In this document: positions 13,140-26,354 of the stretch, one piece after another
Position numbering within the stretch: the first letter of the stretch is position 1
Layout: every line of letters begins with the position of its first letter
Assembly: GCF_000315625.1 (NCBI RefSeq)
Contig: NW_005434609.1
Coordinates: forward strand, 241,602-305,601
Length of the DNA: 64,000 nt
From: Guillardia theta CCMP2712
Taxonomy: Eukaryota > Protista > Cryptophyta
Direction: 5' to 3'
Position numbers and translations under genes: made by a program
Notes under the pieces: model-generated
Database searches by the model: none
The model's input: only the letters and a program-made list of their open reading frames with translations
Told to the model about the DNA's origin: nothing

Positions 13140-13625
13140 CGAGGGCCGCCTCTCTCAGTAAAAAGTTTTACTTAGCGAGATGTAGAGGCGGATTGCACTC
13201 GGAGCTTCCGGCAGTCACTGGGCCTGACTCACGGCACCGGCCGATCGTCCGGGCCCGGGGCCCGGGCGGGCGGGCGCCGGGCGGGCGGGCCGCCAGTCAC
13301 TGCAGAGTCACGGTCAGGCAGCCGTGACTCCGGGACCCTACCGGACGGTCAGGCCCGCAGGGGTCGGCAGGATTAGGTTTGGTGTCAAGCCTCCTCGATT
13401 CTCCTGAAGTTGTCCTCGTACTGATTTTTAACTTAACCCCCGGCCCGGGCCTCACTGATCAACTTGGCAAGACTATTCCGAGTCAGGCGTGCGGCGCGGA
13501 CGGTGACCCGGCCGGGCGGCGTACGGAAAAGTTGCTGCTCGCCCCGGGCCGGCCTCAGACCCGGCGCCCCGGCCGTCAGCGATGGCGGGGTTGCAACAGA
13601 AGGACCCTGGTAAGGGGGGTGGGTT
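13140..13625. promoter_or_regulatory. CCGG/palindrome-rich island in divergent intergenic region
   Basis: Dense CCGG, GGGCCC, CAGTCACTG and GTAC palindromes flanked by AT-rich DNA, between divergent starts at 12425(-) and 14426(+). Confidence 0.5.
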
Positions 13626-13885
13626 ATCCCTTCCCGAAAACAAATTGCAAAATTACTTCCTAAATTTCAAATATTCATAACAGTGTTGGATAATAATTTC
13701 TATTTTGGAGGTTTAGGCGCTGCGGCCCACCGCCTCACAGATAAATTCAATTTGTATCTTTGTAGATTCAAAATTACTTCTTAACTTTGAAAATGTAAAT
13801 ATCAGTTTGGGCTTCTCACAAAATAGTACACGAAACTGTCCAAATGCAGGCAGGCGAACAGGCGGATCTTACCGCAAGGAGCAAA

Positions 13886-14176
13886 CGAAGAGAAGAGAAG
13901 AGAAGAGAAGAGATGAGATGAGATGAGATGAGATGAGATGAGATGAGATGAGATGAGATGAGATGAGATGAGCTGAGATGAGATGAGATGAGCTGAGCTG
14001 AGATGAGCTGAGCTGAGATGAGATGAGATGAGATGAGATGAGATGAGATGAGATGAGATGAGATGAGATGAGATGAGATGAGATGAGATGAGATGAGATG
14101 AGATGAGATGAGATGAGATGAGATGAGATGAGATGAGCTGAGATGAGCTGAGATGAGATCAGTTGAGATGAGATCA
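13886..14176. repeat. (AGAAG)n/(AGATG)n pentanucleotide microsatellite
   Basis: Direct read. Confidence 0.95.
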
Positions 14177-14318
14177 TGATAGAGTGTGACTGGGACGCCT
14201 TATGATGAGCAATATGTGAAAGATCTCTATGGAATTTATAGAATCTCAGTTAGGAATGGAAGTGATAAGCATGCTGTACAATCAAGGAGAGGTGTAGATG
14301 TAGCAAGAAATGTGTGGA

Positions 14319-14384
14319 AGGAGACTCAGTCTTTGAGTCTTATTAAAACCTAGGAGACTCAGTCTTTGAGTCTTATTAAAACCT
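14319..14384. repeat. 33-bp direct tandem duplication containing a hairpin
   Basis: AGGAGACTCAGTCTTTGAGTCTTATTAAAACCT x2; AGACTCA/TGAGTCT stem. Confidence 0.85.
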
Positions 14385-14425
14385 AAGGAGTTGAACATAA
14401 TGCATTTGATGGAAGGTAAACCGCA

Positions 14426-15488
14426 ATGGTGAAGAAGCGAGACCACGAAGCGCAATCGGACGATGACATGCCGGTCAATATTGAGCTCATCCCCAGATGC
14501 AGTCGAAACTTATGCAGATTTCTACAGGCATGGATGGTAAATCACATGTGTGATGACGAAAAATCGTCAGAGGACCATCATGGCCATCACCATCACCACA
14601 AGAAGCACCATGGCAAGGGACATGGTGAACACAGATCCGACCACCATCATCAAAAGAAACACCATGGAACAGAACACAACTCTCACCACGAGGACGATCA
14701 TCATCATCATCGCCATCGGAGCAAGACGGGCAGTCATGGTTCCTCCAACAGTGGCGAAGATGGAAGGAAGCATCATCTGGAACAAGAAGAGAAAAATGTT
14801 GTTCAAACACTTTGCTCTGCTCACGCCAGACTTGATTGACTCGTGTGTGTCGCTCAGGAGCAAGTGAAGGGAACTAGCTTGGAAACGGACCGAATCATTC
14901 CAACGTGCTCCCCTCCACCAGAGCTGTCACTAGGTACAAGTGCATTGAATCACCCGCATTATTTACCTGAGAAGCGAATGACGAAGGCAAGCACAACAAG
15001 AAAGACTCGACCATCGAGACGATGTCTACGAGCAGCAGCACAGGAGAGGAGATGGCGTTCATCGGCCCCGTAGTGCCCCCAAACTCCCCGAGGAAGCAGC
15101 AGGGAGCGACGGAGGCCCCAGGGAAGCCTCAGAGTGAATTCTTCAAGATCTTGGTCTCTCGCAGGAGTGGAGGGGAGGAGCATGCTGGGCAAGCCCTCTC
15201 CCCCACGCACAAGGCAATGCCCTGCCCCAAGAGGTCTGCCTCTTCCGGTCTAGCTTGTTCTCGCTTACCTCCTCCCAGCCCCTCCACGTCTCTCAGCGCA
15301 GCCCCCACACCTCGCCCTGGACCCGACGCTGCTGCTTTGAGTCATGATGGGTGAGTGCGAAGAGGACCAGCATGGTCGACTGACGGCGTCGGATCAGGCA
15401 TGGACACAAGGTGGACGGGAGCATGCGCTCCCCTCCACAGACAGTGGGGAAGGAGAGGGAGAAGGGGATGCCGAGCTTGATGCTGTGA
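14426..15488 (+). CDS. Histidine-rich, disordered hypothetical protein
   Basis: Exons joined by GT-AG introns, His/Lys/Gly-rich block at 14575-14717, ends GMPSLML-TGA. Confidence 0.55.
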
Positions 15489-15587
15489 AGCATCAGCAGC
15501 GAGAAGTTTGACGTGCTTGTGTTGAGCGAGACTAGGGAAGGACTGTCATAACCTCGTTATTTTATCCAACATTGAGTCCTCCTGCTG

Positions 15588-18500
15588 TCATTGAGGGTAA
15601 GGCTGCTTCCCGACAGCCGGATAATTGTGAGGATATGCTACTGGCGAGTAAACAGAGGAGACTTGCTGCACTTGCCCCGGGTGGAAGGGGACTGGGCTCA
15701 TCTGATTCATAGGCAGGAAGCCCATGTTTGGCATGCCCGGCATTCCGTGTGGGTAGGGCTGCTGGGGTCTACCTCCTTCCGAGACAGGTCGAACGTCAGC
15801 TGGGCTGTGAGGAGGAGGCGAGATGATGTTCTTGTCCGCAACGTCGCCGGGAGAGAGTGTGTTCTGCATTCATACTTAGAATGAGGAGGAGCAGAGGAGG
15901 AGGAAAGAGTTGCAAGGAGGGATGTAACGGCAAGAAGACAAGGAGGCGTGCGCCTGAGAGTACAGGAGGGATGTGTGCGATGTCGTGAGGGATAGATGGA
16001 GGGAGGATGGAAGCAACACAAGCGAGTGGCCATGGAGGGAGAGGGAGCTGACCATGTTCTTGAGGATGGAGCTCATGATGTCTGTGACTTGCTTCTGTCG
16101 GAAGCTGGTGGGGGTCAGAACGAGCGGAAGAACAACAAGAAGAGATTTACCGAATTCCCTCTGCAATGCCGCTTTCATGCCTGCAAGGAGAATCAGGACA
16201 GAACCTAAAGTGGAAGAGCATGGGCATGAAGAGAAGGAGGAGGATCAAAAAGATGGAGAGGAAAGACGAGGACAGGGGGGAGGGCGGGGGGGGGGGGAGG
16301 AGGAGGAGGAGAGGAGGAGGAGGAGGAGGAGGAGGAGGAGGAGGAGGAGGAGGAGGAGGCGGCGGGTTGAACTACATGGATTCCGAGATGATCATTCGTG
16401 TCCAGTGGTTGACGATGGCGTCGATCCTAGCGGCTGTGTTGCCATCCCTTGAAATGTTGTGAGAGGAGACGAGGCGGGGAGAGTGAGGTGAGGAAAGATA
16501 AGAAGTGAGGGGGGAAATGAAGAAGGGGGCGAGGGTAGTCAACCTGACTGCGATCGCGTTCGCGCGAAGTGCTGAGATCATCTCGTACAATCTCCTCCTC
16601 TCGTCCACAACAGCTGTAAACGACGTCACCCTTTGCCAGCCGTCCACGTCATTCACGTCATTCACCTTGTGTAGCTCGGATGAGGGTGACCTCTTGTACC
16701 TTCCCAGAGGTTCTCTTGAGGGTGAGCAGGACTGAGCTGCCCGGCTGAAGACCATCCTGTCACTTGCTTTTCCTCCTCCTCCCTGCAACTTCCCACCCCA
16801 CCCTTTCCCTCCTTGACTCTCTCCCACCCGCTCCCCCACGCTTTCGTTGCTGTGTTCTCCCGTCCTCTTTCTCTCCTCCTCCCTCTCCTCTTCTGCCATA
16901 CCAGGTCTGTGCTCGAGAGCTGGACAGACGCTGCTCCCTCCACAGGTTTCTTGTTGATCTGCGTGCTGGGTGTCAGCGTCGGCAAGAGTTCAGCTGCTGC
17001 CCAGGACCAGTTGGATCTCGTCGCCCTTATGGATGTGCTGAGACGCGAACGCTGGGCCTCCGAACACAAGACCTTCCACCACCGACCCGTTGAGCTGAAG
17101 GCCCAGCTACACCAGGAAGTCACTGCCGAGAAGGAGAGAGTGGGGAAGGAGAGAGAGAGATGGAGAGGAAGAGGGAGATCGAGAGCGAGGGCGAGAGCGA
17201 GAGCGAGAGAAACAGAATCGCACAGTAGTCTTAAGTTGGTTTTGACTGGTCGCCTCGGCCATGGCGAGAGGGTCTTGATGGAGTATTTGCATCGCTTGAT
17301 TGCACAGCATCTGGAGACTCGGACGGTCAGAAGCGACAAGCTTGCGATCCTCCTCACCTTGCACTCGTTGCTGATGATGGTTGACACCCTGCTGCGCGAG
17401 TCCGAGGCCGAGTGATCGGCCTGCTCCCCCGTTCAGCGGCAAGTGGAGCAACGAGCAAGAGGTACTGGGGAGTCGACTCCTCGTGGCTGAGACTTGCTCT
17501 CGTCCGATTTCACGTCTGCAGGCTTGCAGGGGGTCAGGGACAGGATTCAAGTCAAGAGATGTGGGCTACCTGGACCAGCTTCTGCGTTTGCTCCAACTGT
17601 GCTTTCTGTTGGAAATCCGTTCAGTCACTCCGTGGGAGAGGAGAGGAGAGGAGAGGAGAGGAGAGGAGAGGAGGGGAGAGGAGAGGAAAAAACAGTGAGA
17701 ACCTGCTTCAAATTCTCCTCCCTCAATCTGTTGATCTGCAGGCGGAAGGTCAGCAAGTCATCTGGTTGCCAGTCCCTCCTTCACCTCTTCTTGCCCCGCC
17801 CTCACCTCCGCCTCTCTCTCCTCCAGCTTTGCTTTCACCGCGTCCGATGACTAACCGTCAAAGGTCAGCTCAACACCCTCTCTTCCTCCTCTTCCCCTTC
17901 CCCCCCATTCCCCTCCTCCCTAGCTCCCTTGCTCCCTCCTCCCCCACTTTACATCCCTCCCTATCCACACCTCAGCTGCGTTCAGGCCTGATCGAGATTG
18001 TAGAGATGCGAGGAGCTCTGCCCCCAGCCTGTCATTCTCCACCCGGAGCCTCTTAATTTCTCCCTCCTGTTCATCGATATGCTTCTGCCTCTGCTCAAAG
18101 ACAAACTTCTGCTGCTCAAGGCTGTTGTGTACTCTCTCCAGCTCCAGCTCCAAGTTCCCGTTCTTCTTCTCCATCCCCGCCACTTGCTCCTCGAGGCTCT
18201 CCAGCGACATCCTCAACTTGGCGTTCTGCTCCTCCAACATGCTGATGCTCTCACGAGAGGATTCCGACGACTCTGTGTGCCTCGAAATCTGCCGCCTCAC
18301 CTCCTCCACCTCTTTCGTCCGCACGGCCAACTCCTTCTCTCTCGTGCCCAAGGTCTTCTCCAGCTTCACCACCTTGTCTTTCTCCGCTCTCAGCTCGTCC
18401 TTGAGCTCCTTCAGGCTCTTGTCTGCTGCCGCGATCTGCTGCTTGCAGTCGTTGAGCTCCTTGCAGATTTGATCAGCCTCTTCGGTCTGCTCCTTTGCCT

Positions 18501-21500
18501 CAGTGTTGAGACGCTTCACAAGAGAGTCCAGCTTCTGCACCTTAGCAGACAAGTCAGAGTTCTCTTTCTGCAGCTTGACGTTCTCTTGCGAGAGCTCGTC
18601 CTGTGAAATCTTCTTTTTCTCCGTCAGTCGCGCGATCTGTGTGTTGAGGATCTCGATCTCGTCCGCGAGCTTCTTCACCTCTTCCTTGTGTTCTTCCGAA
18701 AGCTTTGACATGTCTGATTGCAGCTTTGCCTGCGCCTTCTTGTCCTCTTGTAATGATCTCTGCAGATTTTCACACTCGGCCGTCCTCTCATCAACCGCCT
18801 TGTTGACTTGAGCGAGAGAAGTCTCCGCTTGCTTGAGTTGTTTCCTCAAGACTTCCTCGTTCTCCATCACAAGATTCATGTTCGTTCGCAGAGTTCCGTT
18901 CTCCTTTTCCAGTTCCTGCAGCTTCCTCGTGTCCTCTGACTTGGAGAACTCAGCCTGAGTTCCCAACTTGTTCAGCTTCGACTTCTGGACCCTCGCCTGC
19001 TCCTTCAGCTTGTCCTTTTCATCTTCTATCCTCCTCAGCTTCTTCTCCGTCTCCTTCACCTTCTGCTCGAGCTCCGTCGAGACTTTCAGCTGGTCCCGAT
19101 GCCTTCCCGTCATTTCTTGCACCTGGGACTGAGACTGCGACAACTTGGCCTCGAGCTCCGTCATCTTCTTGGAGTGATCGGCGATCAGCTTCTCTTGTTC
19201 CTTGCTCTTGGAGTTCGACGCCTGCAGGTCACCCTGTGCCTCCTTCAGCTTGCCCTCCACATCTCTCAGTCTCTGCGTCAGCTCCGCGTTCAACGCTCGC
19301 TGCTCGTTGTACTCGTCCTGCACGTCCTGCAGGCGCTTCTGAGTCTGTCCGACGAGGCTCTCAAGGTCGGACTTGAGTCTCTTCACCTCGGAGAAGAGAA
19401 TGTTCTGCTCGTCAAACTGCGTCTGAGTCTCTTTCAGCCTCCTCTGAGACTCGCCCAGCTTGTCCTCCATCTGGGCCTTGGACTTGGACAGCTCCGCAAT
19501 CTCCCTGCCCTGAGCGTCAAGCTTGATCTGCATCGATTGGCTCTGTTTCTGCAGGTCGAGGAGCTCCTGGGACAGGGACATGTTCTTCTTCAGCATCTTG
19601 GCGTTGACATCAGCTTGCTTCTGACTCTGATCGATCTCCATGTCCTTCTGCATCAGACTGTTCTTGAGCCCGTCGATCTCTGCCTTAAGCCTCTTGTTCT
19701 CCTCCTGCAGACCCTCCAGCTTCGCGTAGATCTGCTCGTTCGCGTTCGTCAGCGACAGGACAGTCGAGTGAGTGTCTTCAAGCTCTCGCGAGAGCGAGAA
19801 GAAGCTTCTTTGGAGATCCTTATGCTCCAACAGGATGATCTCTTTCGATCGCCTCTGCTGCTCTCCGTCCTCGTTGAGCAATCTGTTGTGCTTCTGCAGC
19901 TCACGATGCGAGTCCACGAGCTGCTCGCTCAGGAGCACCGAGTTCTCGAAGGTGATGGATAATTTCTGCAGCTCGAAGGAAAGGAATCGCTTCTCTTCGG
20001 ATAGGAGCATTTTCTCCTTTTTCTCCCTCCTTAATTGATTGTCGAAGTTTTCTAGGGCTTCTCTGCTCCTGTTCTGCAGCGTCTCCACTTCTTCTTTGCT
20101 CTTCGACAGCTTGGATTGGAGGTCATAAATCTCAGAATTCAACAGTTTCTCAGTGTTGTCAAATTTCCCATGCAGCAAGTTAATCTCTTGCTCCTTCAGC
20201 GTGACCTCTTCCTCCAAGAACTTGATCTTCTCCTCATAGCTGGAGCAGGACGTTCGCAGCTGTCTTGAGAGCTCGTTCCTTTCATCCTCCAGGCAAGAGA
20301 CCATGCGCTCGTGAAGGGTCTTGTTTTTCTCCAGCTCCTTCTTCGAATTCAACAGCTCAGTCTGCAGCGATTTGATCTCAGTGTCTTTCTCAACGATCTT
20401 CTGCTTGAAGTTGTGGATCCTCGACTCGAGTGACTGGATCTCGTTCTTGGCATCGAGCATCTCTGCTTCAAGAGAGGCAATCTTTGAATCCCTCTCCTTC
20501 AACCTTGCGCTTGCGTTGTTCAGCTCTGTTGTTTCCTTCTTCAAGTGGTCATTCAGAGATTTCACGTGGTCTGTTTGCGAGGAGATCTTCCCTTCTTTCT
20601 CCTCCAGCTCCTGACTCAGCAGCCTTAGCCTTTCATCCCTAGCATTTAGTCCTTGATTCAGCTTTAGGAAGGAATTCTGTAGCTCTCTCTGCTTTCCCTC
20701 GATGAGCTCGATTTCGCCCAAGAAGAAATCGTTGATGGCAGCCAGCTCCTGATCGCACTGGTGTGCATCATTCTCCTTGCTTGATATCATGGCGCGCAGT
20801 TGCGGGATTCTGTCGTTGTCTGCTAGAAGGGAGACAATCCTGGACTCGTTGTCAAACTTCAACCCATCCAGCCGCTTTCCTAGAGTGTTCAACGCAAGCT
20901 CCACCGAGGCACACTTTGCCTCATAATCGGACACGCTGTCTTCGATGGAGTAAAACATATTCCTCAAAGACTTTGAGATCTCCGCAAACTTCGCGTTCTC
21001 CGCCTCGAACTGACAAGCTCGGAGGAATTCTCGATTGAATTTCTCCTGCTCCTTTTCCAACGAAACGGAAAGAGCTTCCTTTTCTTCGTTGCTTCGTCTC
21101 AACTTCACCGTCGCCTCCTTGGCTTCTGTTCTTGTCGTTTGCATCTCGTTCTCCAGTTTCAGCATGTCGTTCTTTAATCGATCGACCAGATCTCTTTCGA
21201 TTTGCAACGATTCCTCCAGCAGGCGGACTTGCGGGTTCGCATCGTGGGATCCAGGATTGGAAGCAGACAGCCTTACTCTTCGAAGGCCCTCCTCGTGCTT
21301 TGCTGTCTCCTCTTGCAACTTCGCCTGGTGCCATTGCACAAGGTCATTCCAAGTCACAATCGAAATTGAGTTTCACCTCTAGAGCAGCAATCTCTGCCTT
21401 GAGCGAGGCCTCGCTCTCCTCCGAGGTCTTGACAAGCTTCTCGTATGCTGCGATCTGCTGGTCCAGCAGGCTCGAAATCTCTTGATTCTCCATCTGCTTG

Positions 21501-22886
21501 GTAGCGAGGTCCTCCTCGTACCTCGCGCAGACTGACTCTGCTCTGGAGTGCTGGTCCCTGACCTCAGAAATTTCTTCTCTCAACCTGGCAAGAGCCTGGG
21601 ACGTCTGGCTCTCGGAGGCAATGAATTCTTGCAGGATGGACTGGGTATATTTCAACTCATTGTCTGATCGCTCCAGCTTCTCCTTCAACTCGTCCATCTG
21701 AGAGGAAAACAAAAAAAAGTTAGGAAAACAAAGGAAACCCCCCAGGAGATGCTCAGAAGGCAGGTTGACTAGTGGGCCCTCCATTGTCAATTCATCTCAC
21801 CTCTTGCTGTTGGTCAAGATCTTTCTTGAACTCTTCCTGTTCGTGCGTAAGGATCAATCGTGCGTCACATCATCCAGCGCAAACTTACAACAAACGATTC
21901 CGACATCCTCGAGCTCTTCATGCTGACCTGCACCTGCGATAGGACCCTTGACAACTCGTTGAGCATCGAGATGCATCGATATTGTGTCTTGTGCAGGAAG
22001 TCATTCAACTTGTAATCGTCCTCATAGTCTTGTAATTGCATCTTTGACCATGATGCGACAAGGTTGTTCAGGGTTGAGTTGACCGCATTGTCCGAGAATC
22101 CATGTGTCAAGTCCTGCAAAAGTAAAACTTTCAGGCTTTCCAAGACATCGCAGCAAGGAAACGACTTTGAGCCTGTTGATCTGTTCTTGAACTGCTCTCT
22201 ACCATTTAAATCAGTGGGAGTGAATGCATGCGGGCCTCATTACTTTCTCGGCAACTTTGATCGAGGACGCTCGTCGAAGAGAAGTTGTAAGCGTCATGCC
22301 CTGCACGCATGTGAGGCAGCTTGCAGAGATCGAACAACCATGAGCCTACAGTGATCTTCTTGATGGTGATATCCACGAGTCCTCCGGGAACATCTTCACC
22401 CACAAGGGCTCTTAGCACCGTGTCCGCGTTTACCTCTTTCCCATCCACTCGGACGATGGTGTCTCCTCTCTCGAAGGCGTTTGAATGATGCGCTGGACCG
22501 CCAATGACCATGTCGTCTATTGCTGTTCCCTTGAGCATGAGCCCGACTGTCATGGGAAAGCTTAGATTATTTTCTCCCTGATTAGATAACAAACCAGTCG
22601 ACTTTGTTCCGTGTGGAGAACTCAATGAAGTTGATCTTTGGATGTTGTTCGTGAAATCTGGGAAGTGAGAGTCAGAGTTTTCACAGCCTTGGCAGAAACA
22701 GCACACCTTCGATTCCACGGATCTGATTTGAAATTTGGATGCACAGATCCTGGAAACAAAGTAGATTTCAGAACGAGTTCATCGAAGTTGTTCATCAAAT
22801 CTCTCTAATGAGCAAACAAAGGCAAAAGGCCGGAAAGAATCATAGCATCTTACCTTGCATGCTTCGATGTCTACGTTTGAACTCAT
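15588..22886 (-). CDS. Giant PDZ - long coiled coil - PDZ protein (~2000 aa)
   Basis: N-PDZ KSTVGLMLKGTAIDDMVIGGPAHHSNAFERGDTIVRVDG; >1100-aa heptad region (17970-21680); C-PDZ TTLGLQLNGSVVEGLVFGGPAFASQHIHKGDEIQL|INKKPV rebuilt across introns; Pro/Gln-rich tail ends at 15588. Confidence 0.7.
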
Positions 22887-23016
22887 TTCTGTCCTTGACG
22901 TCCTTCAAAGTGTTTTTAAAACGATACCGCCATCCCCTCTCAATCTAATGATCTGGTTCCTGTCATACATCAGTGTTCCGGAAACTAGCAAGAAGGGATC
23001 GCAAAGGGAGCAGGAA

Positions 23017-23206
23017 GGTCTGACAAAAGAGGATGATCAAACGGGTAGATTGAATGAGTTGGAGGAATAAAGGAGGGAGTTTGGTCAAGGAGGCATAGCG
23101 AGTTATGAAGGGGTCTGACAAAAGAGGATGATCAAACGGGTAGATTGAATGAGTTGGAGGAATAAAGGAGGGAGTATGGTCAAGGAGGCATAGCGAGTTA
23201 TGAAGG
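23017..23206. repeat. 95-bp direct tandem duplication
   Basis: GGTCTGACAAAAGAGGATGATC...GTTATGAAGG x2, one mismatch. Confidence 0.9.
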
Positions 23207-24099
23207 GGGCGAACAAGGGGTACAGCGAACTAAACTTGCAAGTGAGAATGGGAGCACAGAAGAGGCCTGTAGAAACCATGAAGATTTGGGAAGAGGACCT
23301 GAAGTTTCAACTGGAATTGACATGATACAGGGTGGGGCAGGCATTGTGACATGAGGATTGCGATGAAGCAGGGTCAGAGGAAAAGAAGCAAGGGGTTTAG
23401 CTTCCCCTTCCTGACACCCAATGTCCATATCTTTCACTCGAATTGCAGGGAGAGATCGTTCTAGAAGTCGAGGAGAGTCGGTAAGGAAGATGGATCAGAG
23501 GAGGAGCAGGACGAGGGAGGGGGTCGACGACATTGCAACGTCTCAAGGAAAATCAGCATGAAACCGCGGCGACACACAGTTGACCTGATCATCAGGGGTG
23601 GGGGTTCGAAAGTTGCGTGCATGGTGGGGTCCTTCAAGAACCGGTACTGTGACGCTCAAATTTGTAGTTCGAGGAGGGGTGATACAAAAAGTCCTATGAG
23701 GTACCACTTGTGTACAGACAAGGTGGGTGATGTAGATGGCAGTGATGAGGGGTCACTGTCACAATGGGGGTTCAAGGGTTGGTACTGGTGGGTGGTAGAT
23801 TTTCGGGGGTCCTTCATTTTTGGTTTCTGGGGGAATAGACGGTGGGGTGAGAGGGAGCAGGAGGGGGTGCAAAGGGTACAACAGGGGGGTGATCTACCTC
23901 CATGAATTGAGACGGGGTGGGGTGGTTGGAAATAAACTTTGTGAGACTTGAGTAGGGGGGGTTGGGGGTCTCCGATTGTTAATATGCAGTGGGGGCAGAA
24001 AGAAGAGGCAGGTAGGATCCGGATAGGAAGGATATTCTGCCTCAAACAATTGGTTATATCTTTCTCCTGGGCGGGCTGTGGTACAGGCTATGCGTCGGA

Positions 24100-24600
24100 G
24101 CACCGTCACTGGATGTCGTCGGAGGGCCTAACTTAGTAACCGGGCTAATGGCCGGGCCGGGCCGCGGTCACCGGTCTGAGGGCCGGCCGGCCGGGCCCGG
24201 GCCGGTGCCGCAGGGCGCGGCGGACTCGCCCGGATACCACCGATCAGTCACTGCCGGGGCCGAGGCCGTGGCATTGGCCCTTGAACGGCCAGTGCGGGAG
24301 AGCCTCCCGGAGTACGGTCGCCGGGAGAGCCCGTTCCAGAGCTGGGTCCAGAGCCCGGGCGAGAGTCCCGCCAGGCTGGGTTGATAGGGGCTGCGGGCGT
24401 CACCCGGTTACAGCTTACAAAAATGATCGGAGTCGGGAGGTCCGGAGCATGCCCAACAACAACTCAGTAGGTAAGACTAGGGGTGGTTTGACCGGGAAAG
24501 AGTCTGCTTCAGGGGGTGGCCCGGCACCGTCCTCAGCCGGCGGCCTGTCAGGTCCAGCAAGGTGCTCTTGCATGTTTGCTTAGGCCCTGAGCCAGGATGA
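24100..24600. promoter_or_regulatory. CCGG/palindrome-rich island in divergent intergenic region
   Basis: GGCCGGCCGGCCGGGCCCGGGCCGG and related palindromes between starts at 22886(-) and 24808(+). Confidence 0.5.
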
Positions 24601-24807
24601 TCTGCTACCAGGCTGCTGCTGCTGCTGCTTTTCCTCCTCCTCCTCCTCAGTCCTCCTTCACTTGATCCTCCTGCTTAGGCTGCTCCTGCTCCTGCCGCAG
24701 GCTCTTCCTCCTAGTCTGAAAGTTTGGCCGGAATGGCCTCTGATGGGGGTGACTCGCCGGTATCATAAGTTCACATCAGGCCTTGCTAGGACACATCACG
24801 GCCTAAC

Positions 24808-26266
24808 ATGATCACACCAAACAATGACCATATTGTCGTCGAGGTTTCCAGTGGCAGTCAATCATCGTTTTTGTCCTTGCCTGCTGTAGCAACAGACCGA
24901 GCGACCCCGGGAAACTTTTGCGTTCATGTCAACTGGGCTACGGAAGGAAAGGGATCCAGCTCGTTGAATCCTGTACAGCAAGAGGGCAGGGGAGTGAGGT
25001 GGAGCTTGCGGGCTACCTGCAAGTTAGCGGACAGCACGAGCCCCTGCTGGTATGGAAGACATGCATGGAGCTGCCCTGGTCGCGAGCCGATCTCCACACA
25101 TGCACTCAGACGTTGAGGCAGACGAGTGGCGAAGAGGCGGCGAACATTGGAGCAGTCGACGATGCAGGGGAAGAGCTGGAGACATGCAGTCAACCAGACG
25201 TTGAGGTAGCTCGTCAGAGCTTCTGTGAGAGGTCTCCGTCGGCAATCTCCAACCATGGGTCGAGCATCATGCGCGTGGAGATGATTAGAGCTTACTGCTG
25301 CATCGAGGCTGACAAGGGCGGCTCCGTCAACGAGCAGCGAGGTAAGCTGTGAGCGAGTGATGGTGCGAGTGAACGCGGCGAGCAGAGGAGGAGCGTCAAG
25401 ACCATGTCTGCTCTGTCTGCCTCGAGGAAGTTACAGGGAGCCAGGGGGTCGTCACAAGGTCAGGATGGAGGCTTGCTGGGAGAGGAGGCGCTGACAGAGG
25501 AGAGTCAGATGCAAGCACGTCTATCACTTGGAATGCGCACGCATGTGCGAGCAAGCCTCTGTCCGAGACAGAGGACGCTGGGACTGCCCGACCTGCAGGC
25601 GCTGTCTCACATGGCTCCGCTTCATCTCAGGCACCTCGTGGACGCCCGGGGAGTCGCCGGCTGACATGGTGCTGCAGGACCGAAGTCTGAAGAGGAGGTC
25701 GTGTACAGCTCGATGCTCATCAACCCTGCTGGTGCTGAGAGAAAGTTGAACTTGGTGTCCCCAGTCTCAGAGGTGATGGAAAAGTATGAATGATGAGAGT
25801 GAGGCGTTGATGCTTCGACCGCAGATAGTCTGTGGCCTGCAAGAAATCAACTTTGTCCACAAGGAGAAGGAGTTTTTAACAAGATTTTTTGAGAAATCTG
25901 ATGACAAGGACGAATGTTTCCCATGCACCTCCATGTACACCTACATGTCTTGTTCCTGCGAGCAAGGTGAGGCTTTCTGAAACAATCTGCCAGTTTGTTG
26001 ATCTCTTTCTGTTTGTTTGACAACACAGGCATCGAAGAAGCTTTGTACACATTTTCTGAACATCGAGGGACAATTAAGCTGTACACCCTGTTTGTTGCGC
26101 AATCGATTCTTATCCTGGTTGCAGTCCTGTGTGGGGGGCCATCATAGCACTTGCGATTGTTGTCATCCTGGTCGGAGTGATGATAGCGGTGCCATCTCTT
26201 GCGCAACTTGAACTCCCTCTACTCCCTCTGACATCTCATCAGGTTTGGTTCTTTTTCATTCGGTGA
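24808..26266 (+). CDS. RING-H2 zinc finger protein with C-terminal TM anchor (putative E3 ligase)
   Basis: Spliced CSVCLEE...RCKHVYHLECARMC...WDCPTC = C3H2C3. Last exons encode PVWGAIIALAIVVILVGVMIAVWFFFIR-TGA. 5' exons uncertain. Confidence 0.65.
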
Positions 26267-26354
26267 CTTCCGTGGACTTTTTCTCCTTGTTGCAACCGTT
26301 CTGGAACGCATCTCAGGAAAGACGTCAGAGTTCTGTCTCCATGACATCCTACCG

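Noticed and set aside
18079-21701. Plus-strand ORFs over the coiled-coil gene
   Set aside because: Antisense shadows caused by codon bias.
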